A stretch of DNA of 64,000 bases from contig DASUGI010000100.1 of assembly GCA_036274115.1 (NCBI GenBank), forward strand, positions 41,953 through 105,952. Direction: 5' to 3'. Numbering within the stretch: the stretch's first letter is position 1; the number at the start of each line of letters is the position of its first letter. This document shows positions 8,773 through 18,916 of this stretch, piece after piece. The DNA is from Verrucomicrobiia bacterium. GTDB lineage: Bacteria; Verrucomicrobiota; Verrucomicrobiia; Limisphaerales; JADLHS01. The notes below the pieces were generated by a model. That model was not told the origin of the DNA. It ran no database searches and saw only the letters and a list, made by a program, of their open reading frames with translations. Position numbers and translations under genes: made by a program.

Positions 8773-9774
8773 ATGAGCGCGCGCCCCGGAGGTCAGTTTC
8801 CGGTGGTGCGTCCGCGTCGCCTGCGACAATCCGCTGCCTTGCGCAGACTGGTGTGTGAAACGCGATTGAGCGTCGAACAGTTGGTCCTTCCGTTGTTCGT
8901 TCGGGAAGGTCGCAAGTTGCGTCAGCTGATTGGCGCCATGCCTGGTGTTTTTCAGCTTTCGCCCGATGAACTCGTGCAGGAAGCAACTCGGGCGCACGCG
9001 TTGGGTGTTCCGGCGGTGCTGCTCTTCGGTATTCCCAATCGCAAGGATGAGCGTGCCTCCGGCGCGTACGCGCGCAATGGGATTGTTCAGCAAACGGTGC
9101 GGTTGCTGAAAAGGGAGCTGCCAGATTTGCTGATCATCACGGACGTCTGCCTGTGCGAGTATATGAGCCACGGGCACTGTGGCATTGTTCACACCGACCC
9201 GGGCGGCGCGAAAATCCTCAACGACCCGAGCCTGAAGCTGCTCGCGCGCACTGCGGTCAGCCACGCCGAAGCCGGGGCCGACATAGTCGCTCCCAGTGAT
9301 ATGATGGATGGACGCGTGCGTGCAATTCGGGAACAATTGGATCGCTCGGGTTTCAGTGAAACCCCAATCATGTCTTACGCGGCCAAGTTCGCCTCGGCGT
9401 TTTACGGTCCGTTTCGCGAAGCGGCCGAATCCACGCCAAAATTTGGCGATCGGCGAAGTTACCAGATGGACGCGGCCAATGCGAAGGAAGCGTTGCGCGA
9501 AGTGGCGCTGGATATTGCGGAGGGCGCGGACATTGTCATGGTAAAACCCGCACTCGCGTACCTCGACATTTTGCATCGAGTGAAAACCCGGTTCGGTTAT
9601 CCTACTGCAGCCTATGCCGTGAGTGCGGAGTATTCGATGGTGAAGGCTGCGGCCGCCAAAGGCTGGATTGACGAGCAGGCCGTAACGATGGAGAGCCTCC
9701 TGGCGATGCGCCGGGCGGGAGCGGATATTCTCATCACGTACGCAGCGTGCGACGTTGCGAAGTGGCTGAAGTAA
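8773..9774 (+). CDS. hemB: Porphobilinogen synthase (delta-aminolevulinate dehydratase)
   Basis: RPRRLR, active-site region DVCLCEYMSHGHCG, and VKPALAYLD. Start placed at the ATG at 8773. Confidence 0.92.
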   Translation: MSARPGGQFPVVRPRRLRQSAALRRLVCETRLSVEQLVLPLFVREGRKLRQLIGAMPGVFQLSPDELVQEATRAHALGVPAVLLFGIPNRKDERASGAYARNGIVQQTVRLLKRELPDLLIITDVCLCEYMSHGHCGIVHTDPGGAKILNDPSLKLLARTAVSHAEAGADIVAPSDMMDGRVRAIREQLDRSGFSETPIMSYAAKFASAFYGPFREAAESTPKFGDRRSYQMDAANAKEALREVALDIAEGADIVMVKPALAYLDILHRVKTRFGYPTAAYAVSAEYSMVKAAAAKGWIDEQAVTMESLLAMRRAGADILITYAACDVAKWLK

Positions 9775-9813
9775 GGGAGTGCCGAAATCCCTCGGTCGGC
9801 GTTCCGAAGAGAT

Positions 9814-10380
9814 TTATTGGCCGCTGGATCCGCCGGCTTTCATCAAGGCGACGAGCACCAGCGCGACAATAATCACCCCCACGACAATCGCCGCGATGAG
9901 GAAAATCTTGTTGGCCTTGTTATCTTTCTTGCTGAAGCCCTTGCCTGCCGTTCCAAACCCGCGCTGAGTGCCCGTTTCCAATTCAGTGAGTTTGACTCCC
10001 TGTTGCATCACAATCGTACTCTCGGCTTTCTTGCCGGGAGCAGGGGGCGATCCGGGTTTGGACGCCGGCGGCGGTGCGGATGAAGCCGGAGCCCCTTCCG
10101 CTTCAAGGCGCAATTCCACCTGACCGAGCCGCAACGTCTGCCCGGGCTTCAAAACCGACTCGGTGATTTTTTCGCCGTTGATGAAAGTACCGTTCGTGGA
10201 ATTGAGATCGTGGATGATAACATCGTTGCCGCGAAGGAGGACTTCGCAATGATGGCTGGAAACCGAAGCCTCAGCGATCGGGAACGTATTGTCCTCGACC
10301 CGGCCGATGGTGGTTTTGTCCACCTTCAACTCGTGCGAACGGCCGGTCATGCCCTGGCTGAGGATTACAAGTTTGGCCAT
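9814..10380 (-). CDS. FHA-domain protein with C-terminal membrane anchor
   Basis: TIGRVEDN...SSHHCEV...DLNSTNGTFING is an FHA signature. A Pro/Ala-rich linker is followed by a C-terminal hydrophobic helix (IFLIAAIVVGVIIVALVLVAL). Confidence 0.8.
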   Translation of the reverse strand: MAKLVILSQGMTGRSHELKVDKTTIGRVEDNTFPIAEASVSSHHCEVLLRGNDVIIHDLNSTNGTFINGEKITESVLKPGQTLRLGQVELRLEAEGAPASSAPPPASKPGSPPAPGKKAESTIVMQQGVKLTELETGTQRGFGTAGKGFSKKDNKANKIFLIAAIVVGVIIVALVLVALMKAGGSSGQ

Positions 10381-10494
10381 ATTGGTTACCCGGCAAAAAG
10401 TAGCTGCCCGGGCAAATTCAAGTCAAACGTAAAGGTTTCGGTTCGGCCACAATTATTTCAGACACCTGCCGGGCGGAATTCTCACGGACCGAAT

Positions 10495-11652
10495 TTATTT
10501 GCGCGCAATCAGCTCGCGAAACTCGGCAAACAGCGGCGTCGAGTCGTGCGGGCCAGGCGATGCTTCGGGATGATATTGCACGCAGAAAATGGGTTTGGTC
10601 TTGTGACGCAAACCTTCGACGGTCTGGTCGTTGAGGTTGATGCGGTCGACGGAAACGTCGGAGGGCAACGATTTGCCATCCACCGCGAAGCCGTGATTTT
10701 GAGAAGTGATTTCGATTTTGCCGGATTCCAAATCCTTGACCGGCTGATTACCGCCGCGGTGACCGAATTTGAGTTTGAACGTCTTGCCTCCAAACGCCTG
10801 CCCCAGAATCTGGTGACCCAGGCAGATGCCGAAAATCGGAACGCCGGTCTTGATCAAATCGCTCACTGCCGTCACCGCGTATCCCAGCGCGGAGGGATCG
10901 CCGGGACCGTTCGATAGAAAAATGCCTGCGGGCTGGTGCTTCATTGCTTCCGCAGCGGACGTTGTCGCGGGAACCACGTGCGTCTTGAAACCTTGCTGCC
11001 GCAGCCGCCGCAGGATGTTGTATTTCATCCCGAAGTCATAAGCCACAATGGGAATGTCCGCCGGCGGGAGCGGCTTGCGATGATTGCGTGCGTCCGTCTT
11101 GACGTTGCCGCGCACCAAATCAAAGGCAGCGCTGACTTCATCCTTTTCATCCCAGCCGAATGCCTGCTGGTGCGTGACTTCCTTCACGTAGTCGACGCCT
11201 TCCAGCCCCGGCCATTCCCTGGCGCGCCGGACGGCTTCTTCCGGTGAAATGTCTTCCGTGGTGATAAAGCCGTTCAACGCACCACGCACCCGCAGCTTCT
11301 TGGTCAAGGCACGGGTGTCGATACCCTGAATTCCGGGAATGCCATTGCGTTCGAGATACTCGGGCAACGAGTAATCCGCGCGCCAGTTGCTTACCAGGGG
11401 CGACACTTCACGCACGACGAATCCTGCGACATGCGGCCGCCACGATTCCACATCCACGGTATTGACCCCGTAGTTGCCAATGAGCGGATAGGTCATCGCC
11501 ACGATTTGGCCTTTGTAGGATGGGTCCGTGAGAATTTCCTGGTAGCCGGTCATCGAGGTATTGAAACACACCTCGCCGCAGGATGAGGCGCGCGCGCCAA
11601 AACCTTTGCCGATGAAAACCGAACCGTCTTCGAGTGCGAGAATTGCTTTCAT
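10495..11652 (-). CDS. carA: Carbamoyl-phosphate synthase small (glutamine amidotransferase) subunit
   Basis: [15 protein letters not shown]..., GICLGHQ catalytic Cys motif, and HGFAV...QYHPE. ATG at 11652 preferred over the GTG at 11661. Confidence 0.92.
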   Translation of the reverse strand: MKAILALEDGSVFIGKGFGARASSCGEVCFNTSMTGYQEILTDPSYKGQIVAMTYPLIGNYGVNTVDVESWRPHVAGFVVREVSPLVSNWRADYSLPEYLERNGIPGIQGIDTRALTKKLRVRGALNGFITTEDISPEEAVRRAREWPGLEGVDYVKEVTHQQAFGWDEKDEVSAAFDLVRGNVKTDARNHRKPLPPADIPIVAYDFGMKYNILRRLRQQGFKTHVVPATTSAAEAMKHQPAGIFLSNGPGDPSALGYAVTAVSDLIKTGVPIFGICLGHQILGQAFGGKTFKLKFGHRGGNQPVKDLESGKIEITSQNHGFAVDGKSLPSDVSVDRINLNDQTVEGLRHKTKPIFCVQYHPEASPGPHDSTPLFAEFRELIARK

Positions 11653-11710
11653 GCCGTCCACAACTGCGCGGGGATGCTAGGTTTCAGCGGCGTAGAATCA
11701 AGATTTAACC

Positions 11711-11743
11711 AAGAAAAAGCGCGGTCCGGAGCGACCGCGCGCG
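11711..11743 (-). terminator. Rho-independent terminator candidate downstream of the thioredoxin-like gene
   Basis: The minus strand reads GCGCGGTC-GCTCC-GGACCGCGC followed by TTTTTCTTGG. Confidence 0.6.
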
Positions 11744-11770
11744 TTTACGAAAACATCATGCTCTGAATCG

Positions 11771-12211
11771 CTATTTCTTCTTCAGCGCTTCGATCTTTGC
11801 AATAAACTCTTTTGGCTTCTCACCTGCATAACCTGAATCCCTGCTTAATTCCTTTCCGTTACTGTCGAGGACAATAATGGTCGGATATCCGTCCACATTA
11901 AACTTCGTCTGCAACGCCTCATTGGCCTTCTTCAGCTCTTCGCTCTGCTTCTTGGAGGTTGGAAAGTCCACCTCCACCAGAATGAGGTTACTTTTCGCAT
12001 ACTCCACAAATTCTGCGGAACTAAGCACGTTCTTATACAGGGCTTTGCAGGGCGGACACCAGTCCGAACCCGTAAAGTCCATCAGGACCAATTTGTTCTC
12101 GGCTTTGGCTTTCTGCGTTGCTTTCGTGAAATCCGTCAACCACTCTCCTTCCGCGGCAGCCGCTTGATACAAAGCCGCGGATGCCAGCAGTGCGATGAAA
12201 AGCTTCTTCAT
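11771..12211 (-). CDS. Secreted thioredoxin-fold protein
   Basis: Signal peptide (MKKLFIALLASAALYQAAA) and a WCPPC redox motif. 146 aa. Confidence 0.8.
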   Translation of the reverse strand: MKKLFIALLASAALYQAAAAEGEWLTDFTKATQKAKAENKLVLMDFTGSDWCPPCKALYKNVLSSAEFVEYAKSNLILVEVDFPTSKKQSEELKKANEALQTKFNVDGYPTIIVLDSNGKELSRDSGYAGEKPKEFIAKIEALKKK

Positions 12212-12437
12212 AGTTCAATGATTCAATTTTGTTCGACTAAGTTTCGACGAGGTCGCCGTCCACTTGTTCAATGCAAATAATACTCCTTTTTCGCGGGCGG
12301 ACTAGCACTGGACAATCAACTACATCGGCTGCCTGCAAATGGGTCGCCGGGGTGGAGTTCAGTCTCCCGGGCTATTGCGCTTTTTGCTTTTTCCCGCGTC
12401 CGCCCTCGTCCATGCTCCCGGGGTTTGAATTGATACG

Positions 12438-12992
12438 ATGAAACTCTCGTTGCTTTCCATCGTGCTGGGCCTGGGCCTGGCCGTGCCGCAGGTTTATGGC
12501 CTGGCCCGACCGAACGCGTTTGCCGACGCCGCGCGCAAATTCCCGCGGCACATCCCGACGGGCGTTTTCCTGATGCTCCTGGGCACGATTTGGTTCTTGT
12601 GGAACGTGCATCAGGAGCCGATTGCCGACTTCGCTGCCATCAAGCCTTACATGCTGATTGTCTTTGGCGCGATTGGCCTGGGGGCATGCATTTTTGTGCA
12701 GGATTATTTGGCGGTGCGCGGGCTCGCCGTCGTGTTTCTCCTGCTTGCCAAGCTCATGGTAGATACCGGGCGACCGCATTTGGGGGAAACACCTTGGGTG
12801 CTGCTGATTCAATTGTGGGCTTATGTTCTCGTTGTGGCAGGAATCTGGTTCACCATCTCACCGTGGCGGCTGCGCGATCTCCTGAATTGGGCGACCGCGA
12901 ACGAAAAACGCATCAAGGTGGGAAGTGGCATCCGCCTGGCGTTTGCGCTGCTCGTAATGGTGTTGGGTCTGACCGCCTTTCGAGCAATGTGA
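12438..12992 (+). CDS. Integral membrane protein, unknown function
   Basis: 184 aa with about five hydrophobic helices. Its stop overlaps the next gene's start (ATGTGA / GTG). Confidence 0.6.
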   Translation: MKLSLLSIVLGLGLAVPQVYGLARPNAFADAARKFPRHIPTGVFLMLLGTIWFLWNVHQEPIADFAAIKPYMLIVFGAIGLGACIFVQDYLAVRGLAVVFLLLAKLMVDTGRPHLGETPWVLLIQLWAYVLVVAGIWFTISPWRLRDLLNWATANEKRIKVGSGIRLAFALLVMVLGLTAFRAM

Positions 12993-13996
12993 GTTCACCG
13001 CGCGGCAAAATCCTCGTTATTCGCGGCGGCGCGATAGGGGATTTCATTCTCACCTTGCCGGCGATCGCTGCGCTGCGACAACAGTTCCCCGAAGTGCACC
13101 TTGAGGTGCTGGGCTATCCGCACATCGTTCAACTCGCCGAGGCCGGCGGCCTGGTGAATCGCGTGCAAGCAATCGAAGCGCGAGGCCTGGCGGGATTCTT
13201 TGCGCGCAACGGAGAATTGTCCGAGGATTTGTGTGACTACTTTTCGGATTTCAACATCATCGTTTCCTACCTCTACGACCCGGACGAGATCTTTAAAATG
13301 AACATTGCCCGCTGCAGCCCGGCGCAATTCATCGTGGGACCGCACCGACCGGACGAGGCCGCTGATGTCCACGCGACGGAAGCTTTTTTGAAGCCGCTGG
13401 AACGCCTGGCCATTTTCGGGGCCGACCAGGTTCCGCACCTCAGTCTGGTTGTAGACGAATCGATTGCGCGTCACGCGCCAACGATTGCCCTTCATCCGGG
13501 CAGTGGCAGCGAGCGGAAGAACTGGTCGGAAACGAACTGGACCCGGCTCTTCCGGGAGTTAATCGACCAATCCACTTTCAATTTGCTATTGGTGGGAGGT
13601 GAGGCCGAAGGTGATCGACTCGCGAACTATGCCAGGGTTCTTCCGGCAGAACGCGTCCGGGTTGCACGCAGTCTTCCCCTGAAAGAACTCGCGCGGCAGC
13701 TCAAGGACTGCGCCGGCTTTATTGGACACGATTCCGGCATCACGCATCTCGCGGCGGCAGTCGGATTGCCAACGCTGGCTTTGTGGGCGGAGACAAACAT
13801 GGACATCTGGCGCCCGTTGGGAAACAACGTGGTGCTGCTGCAAGGCGAAACGGGCATTGAGTCACTGCCAATCAGCCGCGTCCTGGAGCAGGTGCTTAAT
13901 TTGCGGAACGGAAAACGATTCGAGCCGGATCGTTCCCGTCCGTTTCGGTGGCGGGCTTCAGAGCCTCCGGCGGAATTTGAAACCAGTGACCAATGA
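12989..13996 (+). CDS. Glycosyltransferase family 9 (heptosyltransferase-like)
   Basis: ILVIRGGAIGDFILTLPAIAALR, and C-terminal GHDSGITHLAAAVGLPTLALW. The start is a GTG at 12989, coupled to the upstream stop. The longer ORF from 12590 overlaps the membrane gene and was not used. Confidence 0.8.
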   Translation: MSSPRGKILVIRGGAIGDFILTLPAIAALRQQFPEVHLEVLGYPHIVQLAEAGGLVNRVQAIEARGLAGFFARNGELSEDLCDYFSDFNIIVSYLYDPDEIFKMNIARCSPAQFIVGPHRPDEAADVHATEAFLKPLERLAIFGADQVPHLSLVVDESIARHAPTIALHPGSGSERKNWSETNWTRLFRELIDQSTFNLLLVGGEAEGDRLANYARVLPAERVRVARSLPLKELARQLKDCAGFIGHDSGITHLAAAVGLPTLALWAETNMDIWRPLGNNVVLLQGETGIESLPISRVLEQVLNLRNGKRFEPDRSRPFRWRASEPPAEFETSDQ

Positions 13997-14011
13997 TTGC
14001 GTAATCAGGAT

Positions 14012-16729
14012 TCACAGGGCACTGACACGGTAGAACCGGTTGCTCACGCCGACAGGAAACGGGTCGGAGCAGACGATGGTGCGATTTGAGTTCACCGGCG
14101 CAATGTTGGTGAGTTCCAGCCAGGTCCCCAAGCCAGGGTGGTCTCGATACTGCAAGGTGAATGCGCGGTTGGATCCGGCAGTGAACTGAATAATGGCGGT
14201 GTTGGTTTGGGTGTTGATTCTCACGCGCAGGACACTCGCCGAATCCCGTGGGTCAGTGCCGCTGAGAAACTCGTGCCGGTTTGTGGCGCCGTCGGAATCC
14301 GGGTCGGCATCGGGCCCGCTGATGTTCAAGTCGGCAAGTTCGCTGGCGGTGAAATGCTTGAAGCGCCACGCATCAAAAGGCAGGTCCAGAATGTGAACGG
14401 TGGCTTTGCTTAATGGGCCAACTCCGTAGTTTGTTCCGGCTTGCAATGAAACGATCAGAGTTTTGTCTCCTTCGGCGTTTGCATCTGAAGGTGCGGTGAT
14501 CACCAGATTCGTTGAAGCGACTCCGGCCGGCAGCGCCAGGCTGCCGGGAAGCGTGGCGAAATCGACTCCGTTGCTGGCATTACCGGAAAGTTGATAAAAG
14601 ATTGTGAGCGCAGTGTTCGTGTCATTGATCGACCGGGCGAAAAGCAATCGCGCCGTTTTGCCGGTCTCGCTGGCAATCGGGTCGCTGGCGATGAGTTGAA
14701 CCACCGGCAGGTTGCTGGCGGTTGCGGAAACCCAGCGTGCTGCATCGGCAATGACGAAGCCGGTCGTTCCCGAGTTGCGAATGCGTAGAGCGCTGTTGGT
14801 CCCTGCGTTGAAGTTGGTGGTCAGGAGATGAACCCAAGTGCCGTTGTCCAGCATTTGGTTTGCGAGGACGGTGTTGGTGCCGGCAGGATGGATGATGTCC
14901 ACGGGAACGTTGGTGGCGCGGTTTGGATTGGTGGTCCAGCGCAGGTAAACGTGATAGGTGTCGTTGGTCGGCAGGTTGGGTTGGAACGTTGCCGATTTGT
15001 TGCCTTTGTCCTCATTGCCATCGTGCTGATAGTTTGCGCCCCAATATCCGGTCACGGAAGTGCTGTTGCTCCAAACGCCGGTGTAGGTGACCGCGCTGTT
15101 CGAATTATCCACGATCACTCCCGCGGTGTCGCCGCTGGAGCCCCAGGTGAGCACCTGCCCATCGGCGGCAAGTTGCAGGGCCAGCTTGGCGTAATTGACC
15201 TGTTGGACTGGCAGTTGGTCATCGATTGCAAAGGACGCCGCGGTAGCCGCTGACTGGCTCGCCATCATGAAGACGGGTTCCATGCGGGTGGAACCGAAAG
15301 CAATGTGAGTGGCGCTGATGGCAAAGGTGACAAACAGATTCTCGCACTCGCCCACGCGCGGCACGATGGAGCGATACGAGATGGGATAAGGCTGAGCCGG
15401 GCTGACCTGCACATCGCCCTCGTTGCGCGCGAATCCGTTTTTGACGATCCGCTGGCAATTGTGTGAGTCCATGTTGTAGGAGCCGAGGCAGACTGAATCC
15501 GGAGCGACGCGAGTGTTCTGGCAATCGCCTTGAGTCATCACGTAATCGCTCACCATGCGGCGGGCTTCGCGCACGTAAATCTGCGGAGAGTAACCACCGG
15601 TTTCCTGCCATTCGTCCTTGCACGGTCCCCAACTCAGCACTTGCGCCCGCAGGTTGGCCGGAGAACGCGGGCTGGTGGCGAGATACTGGATCAATCCCTG
15701 AATGTACTCGCGATGCTCGATATCCATTTGCTCGCGGGCCGCATAGGTGTTCGTCGGGTAGGTCCAGTTCATGCCAATGTAATCGGTGGAAAACGCGCCG
15801 TTGTTGTTCATGTCGGTTTTGCCATTGGGCATGGCCGAAACACTGAAGAAATTGTTGATGGTGAGCGTGTCCCCGTTGGCGACGCGGGCATCGAGCAGGC
15901 GTCCCAGCAATTCATAGCGGGCCGGGTCGTAGTTCGGCGGCACGACGTGCGGCAGACGGTTGGTGGCATTTTGTGTGAAACACAGCCGATAATTGTAGGC
16001 CTGGATGCGATGGTCGCCATCGCCGGGCGTGCCACCGTCGCCGGGTTGAACAAACGGCAACAAGCCGCTCGCCGGATTTCCGGGAATGACATACGGATCT
16101 ACGTTGACGGTGAATTGGTGTGCCGGCGTATTGGCGCGAATGCCGTTGAGCGTCTCGCCATACACGTTTGTGCCTTCCCGTCCAAAGGTGAAACTAACCC
16201 CGGCCATGGCCATCAAGTCGCCTTCGTAGGTGGCATCAATGAACATCTTCGCGCGATAGATTGTTCCGTCCTCCATGGTGATTTGCGTGATGCGCTGGCC
16301 GGTTTTGGCGACGGAGGCCAGACGTTGATTGAAACGTGGCGTCACACCAACCTCGGCCAGCCAGGCTTCGAAAACTTCACGGGCGACGTGCGGCTCAAAA
16401 TTGAAGCGTTCGGTCTGGTTATAACGTTGTCCGATCCGGCGGTAAAATTCCCGCGACACGCCGCCGATGGTCGCCTGATTGCCAACATCTGTTGCCCCGA
16501 GGCCGCCGGAGGTCAATCCACCCAGATGCGTGCTGAACACGGCCAGTGAAGCCGTTTTACCCATGCGTTTCGCCTGGACTACCGCAGCCACGCCGCCAGA
16601 AGTTCCGCCATAAACACAGATGTCACTTTCCACAACTGTGGCCGCGCTGCTGACACCGTCGGAAAGGAGGACGACGCAGGACAAGGCCAACAATTCAAAG
16701 AGGCGGAGTTTGTGACGCATAAAACTCAT
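14012..16729 (-). CDS. Secreted FAD-dependent oxidoreductase-family protein with C-terminal carbohydrate-binding-like modules and an FYRV tail
   Basis: Signal peptide and the dinucleotide motif VYGGTSGGVAAV. A paralog lies upstream. The C-terminal half has a golvesin-C-like module (YTGVWSNS...YHVYLRW...GFVIADAARW), a Calx-beta-like segment, DADPDSDG and ...NRFYRVSAL. The ATG at 16729 overlaps the upstream stop (ATGA). Confidence 0.8.
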   Translation of the reverse strand: MSFMRHKLRLFELLALSCVVLLSDGVSSAATVVESDICVYGGTSGGVAAVVQAKRMGKTASLAVFSTHLGGLTSGGLGATDVGNQATIGGVSREFYRRIGQRYNQTERFNFEPHVAREVFEAWLAEVGVTPRFNQRLASVAKTGQRITQITMEDGTIYRAKMFIDATYEGDLMAMAGVSFTFGREGTNVYGETLNGIRANTPAHQFTVNVDPYVIPGNPASGLLPFVQPGDGGTPGDGDHRIQAYNYRLCFTQNATNRLPHVVPPNYDPARYELLGRLLDARVANGDTLTINNFFSVSAMPNGKTDMNNNGAFSTDYIGMNWTYPTNTYAAREQMDIEHREYIQGLIQYLATSPRSPANLRAQVLSWGPCKDEWQETGGYSPQIYVREARRMVSDYVMTQGDCQNTRVAPDSVCLGSYNMDSHNCQRIVKNGFARNEGDVQVSPAQPYPISYRSIVPRVGECENLFVTFAISATHIAFGSTRMEPVFMMASQSAATAASFAIDDQLPVQQVNYAKLALQLAADGQVLTWGSSGDTAGVIVDNSNSAVTYTGVWSNSTSVTGYWGANYQHDGNEDKGNKSATFQPNLPTNDTYHVYLRWTTNPNRATNVPVDIIHPAGTNTVLANQMLDNGTWVHLLTTNFNAGTNSALRIRNSGTTGFVIADAARWVSATASNLPVVQLIASDPIASETGKTARLLFARSINDTNTALTIFYQLSGNASNGVDFATLPGSLALPAGVASTNLVITAPSDANAEGDKTLIVSLQAGTNYGVGPLSKATVHILDLPFDAWRFKHFTASELADLNISGPDADPDSDGATNRHEFLSGTDPRDSASVLRVRINTQTNTAIIQFTAGSNRAFTLQYRDHPGLGTWLELTNIAPVNSNRTIVCSDPFPVGVSNRFYRVSAL

Positions 16730-18849
16730 TTGGGCAGCCATTGAATGGCGTCGATGACGACATGGCCATCAGCGTTTTGATTGGAGACTTCCACGACCGC
16801 AGGTTTCTCCGTGTCGAAAGCAAACGTCCCCAGCGAGGCGAAAATGTTGTCAATTGGCGGGCGCAATTTTTCGTTCAACAGAATGACTTTCTCTCCGCGC
16901 TCATGATGAATAGTGATTGCGACGTTGGAGGCCCGGTTGTCATTGGGAGAGTACGCAAGTCGGACCTCGTAACGGCCCGCGCGCGGCAGGCGGGTTTCAA
17001 ATCGAGCGATTGACTTGCCCTTGGCGGTATTTCCGTCATGCCGATAGCTCGCGCCGACCCAGGGTTGGAGGGCGGTGCTTTCGACCCAGTTGCCGATGAG
17101 CCTGGCTTCCGCGTCATCCACGACGATGCCGTCGAGCTTGCGTGGATCGAGAATTGTCACTTCCGGCGGGGCGGGGTGCGTGGATTCGAGCACCTGTCCA
17201 TCCTGCAACAGACGTTCGCGCAGCTTTGAGTAGGGTACGTCCTGAACAGCAACGCGAGCATCAATGGCCATCGCCGCGGCGGTTGCGGCGGATTGACCCA
17301 GGATCATGAAGACCGGCTCCATGCGAATGGAGCCAAACGCAATGTGCGAGCTGGAAACGCACACTGGAACCAGCAGATTGTCCACCTGACCCCGCTTGGG
17401 CAGGAGCGCGCCGTAGGCGATTTGATAGGGGCCGCGAGTTGAGACCCCAATGTCCCCTTCGTTCTGGACATAACCTTCCGGAGTGATGTAGCGCTGGATG
17501 TTGTGGGAATCGATGGTGTAACTGCCCATGCCGACCGGTTCCGGGGTGGGACGTTTTTTGAGGAGTTCGTTTTCGGTCATCACGTACTGGCCAATCATCC
17601 GACGCGCTTCACGAATATAGAGTTGATGCGGCCAGTTCCCGTTGTCGCGAAACTCATCCCGGGCCAGTCCCCATTTCTGCATTTTCTCCCGAACCTCGGA
17701 CGGGACGCGCGGGTCATTGGCGATGAAATAAAGCCAGCCTTTCTGGTACTGCTCGTGTTCCTTGATGATCTCGCGGCGTCGTTCGTAGGAAGCTTCCGGG
17801 TAATCGTAGTTGTAACCGATGTTGTCGAAGCTCATCGGGCCGTGATTGTTGACGTCGGTCTTGCGATTCGGAACGGGATCAAACTTGGCAAAAGTTTCGC
17901 GCCAGCCGGCTTGGAAGATGCGCAGTAATAACTCGTATTGCGCGGGATCGTAGCCGTCGGGTTTGGGAAAGGGCACGCGATTCTCAGGATGGTCGGTCAA
18001 ACAGAGGCGGAAACAATACGCCTGAACCTTCCGATCACCCTGGCCATATTCGCCCGGATGATTGGTGCTGATTCGCGGCAGCACGCCGCTGCTCGGGTCG
18101 CCCGGAACGACGTACGGGCTGATCTTCTGTTTTACCGCGCCGAAGTGATGGCGATGATGCAAAACACCCGTCTGCACTCCGTTCCATTGCTCGCCATAGA
18201 CACTGTTCGCTTCGCGACCGACGTGGTAATCCACTTCTGCTGCCGCCATCAAGTCGCCTTCGTAGGTCGCGTCCAAATACATTTTCGCGCGATACGTTTT
18301 ACCGCTCAGCGTTGAGATGGAAACGATGCGCTGATTTTCCTTCTTCACGCCACTCGTACGGTCGAGCCATTCGTTTCGATAAACCGGAATCTTGTATTCG
18401 CGAATCCAATCCTCGAAGACGCGCTCGGCGACATGTGGTTCGAAGATCCACATCGTGCGGAGGTCCTTGTGGATGGCAGGTGTTCCCTGGCCTTGATTGC
18501 CGTAGTCCTCGCGCTGCTCCCATTTCCACGCCTCGGGTTGATCGTATTGTTTCCACACGCGATGATAGAACTCCCGGGCCAGCCCGCCGATGACCGCCTT
18601 GTTGCCGGTGTCAGTAAATCCCAGTCCGCCACTCGACAGGCCACCCAGATGCTGCTCCGGACAGACGATCACCACGGACTTGCCCATCCGCGCCGCCTGA
18701 ACGGCGGCAACGACGCCGCCCGACGTGCCGCCGTAGATGCAAATATCGCTTTCGGCTGTCGGCGCACCGGAGAGCGAGTTCGCCGCCAGGCATAGAAACA
18801 GCGAGAGGCAGCGGATCGATTTGAGAGTCATGTTTGAGAATTCTGTCAT
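16726..18849 (-). CDS. Secreted FAD-dependent oxidoreductase-family protein (paralog) with golvesin-C-like module
   Basis: IYGGTSGGVVAAVQAAR, shared blocks with the downstream paralog (SHIAFGS.RMEPVFM..GQSAATAA), and a C-terminal module (YRHDGN...YEVRLAY...GHVVIDAIQW). An alternative start at ATG 18831 gives a cleaner signal peptide. Confidence 0.8.
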   Translation of the reverse strand: MTEFSNMTLKSIRCLSLFLCLAANSLSGAPTAESDICIYGGTSGGVVAAVQAARMGKSVVIVCPEQHLGGLSSGGLGFTDTGNKAVIGGLAREFYHRVWKQYDQPEAWKWEQREDYGNQGQGTPAIHKDLRTMWIFEPHVAERVFEDWIREYKIPVYRNEWLDRTSGVKKENQRIVSISTLSGKTYRAKMYLDATYEGDLMAAAEVDYHVGREANSVYGEQWNGVQTGVLHHRHHFGAVKQKISPYVVPGDPSSGVLPRISTNHPGEYGQGDRKVQAYCFRLCLTDHPENRVPFPKPDGYDPAQYELLLRIFQAGWRETFAKFDPVPNRKTDVNNHGPMSFDNIGYNYDYPEASYERRREIIKEHEQYQKGWLYFIANDPRVPSEVREKMQKWGLARDEFRDNGNWPHQLYIREARRMIGQYVMTENELLKKRPTPEPVGMGSYTIDSHNIQRYITPEGYVQNEGDIGVSTRGPYQIAYGALLPKRGQVDNLLVPVCVSSSHIAFGSIRMEPVFMILGQSAATAAAMAIDARVAVQDVPYSKLRERLLQDGQVLESTHPAPPEVTILDPRKLDGIVVDDAEARLIGNWVESTALQPWVGASYRHDGNTAKGKSIARFETRLPRAGRYEVRLAYSPNDNRASNVAITIHHERGEKVILLNEKLRPPIDNIFASLGTFAFDTEKPAVVEVSNQNADGHVVIDAIQWLPK

Positions 18850-18869
18850 GTTCCCGGCTTGGGGCGGTA

Positions 18870-18885
18870 TTACACGAAGGTGTAA
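18870..18885. promoter_or_regulatory. 7-2-7 inverted repeat TTACACG-AA-GGTGTAA, candidate NarL/LuxR-type operator
   Basis: Read directly, 21-36 nt upstream of the 18849 start. A near-identical site lies at 27257-27272. Confidence 0.4.
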
Positions 18886-18916
18886 CGATGCAAGGGTCTG
18901 TAGCGGGATGTGAACC

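Noticed and set aside
12590-12988. N-terminal 133-codon extension of the GT9 ORF
   Set aside because: It overlaps the membrane-protein gene in another frame and lacks GT9 features. The GT9 domain begins at the GTG at 12989, which is coupled to the upstream stop.
15530-16549. 339-aa plus-strand ORF antisense to the FAD-oxidoreductase gene
   Set aside because: It has no recognisable motifs. The opposite strand encodes a protein with an FAD-binding motif and a clear paralog next door. Long antisense ORFs are expected at this GC content.
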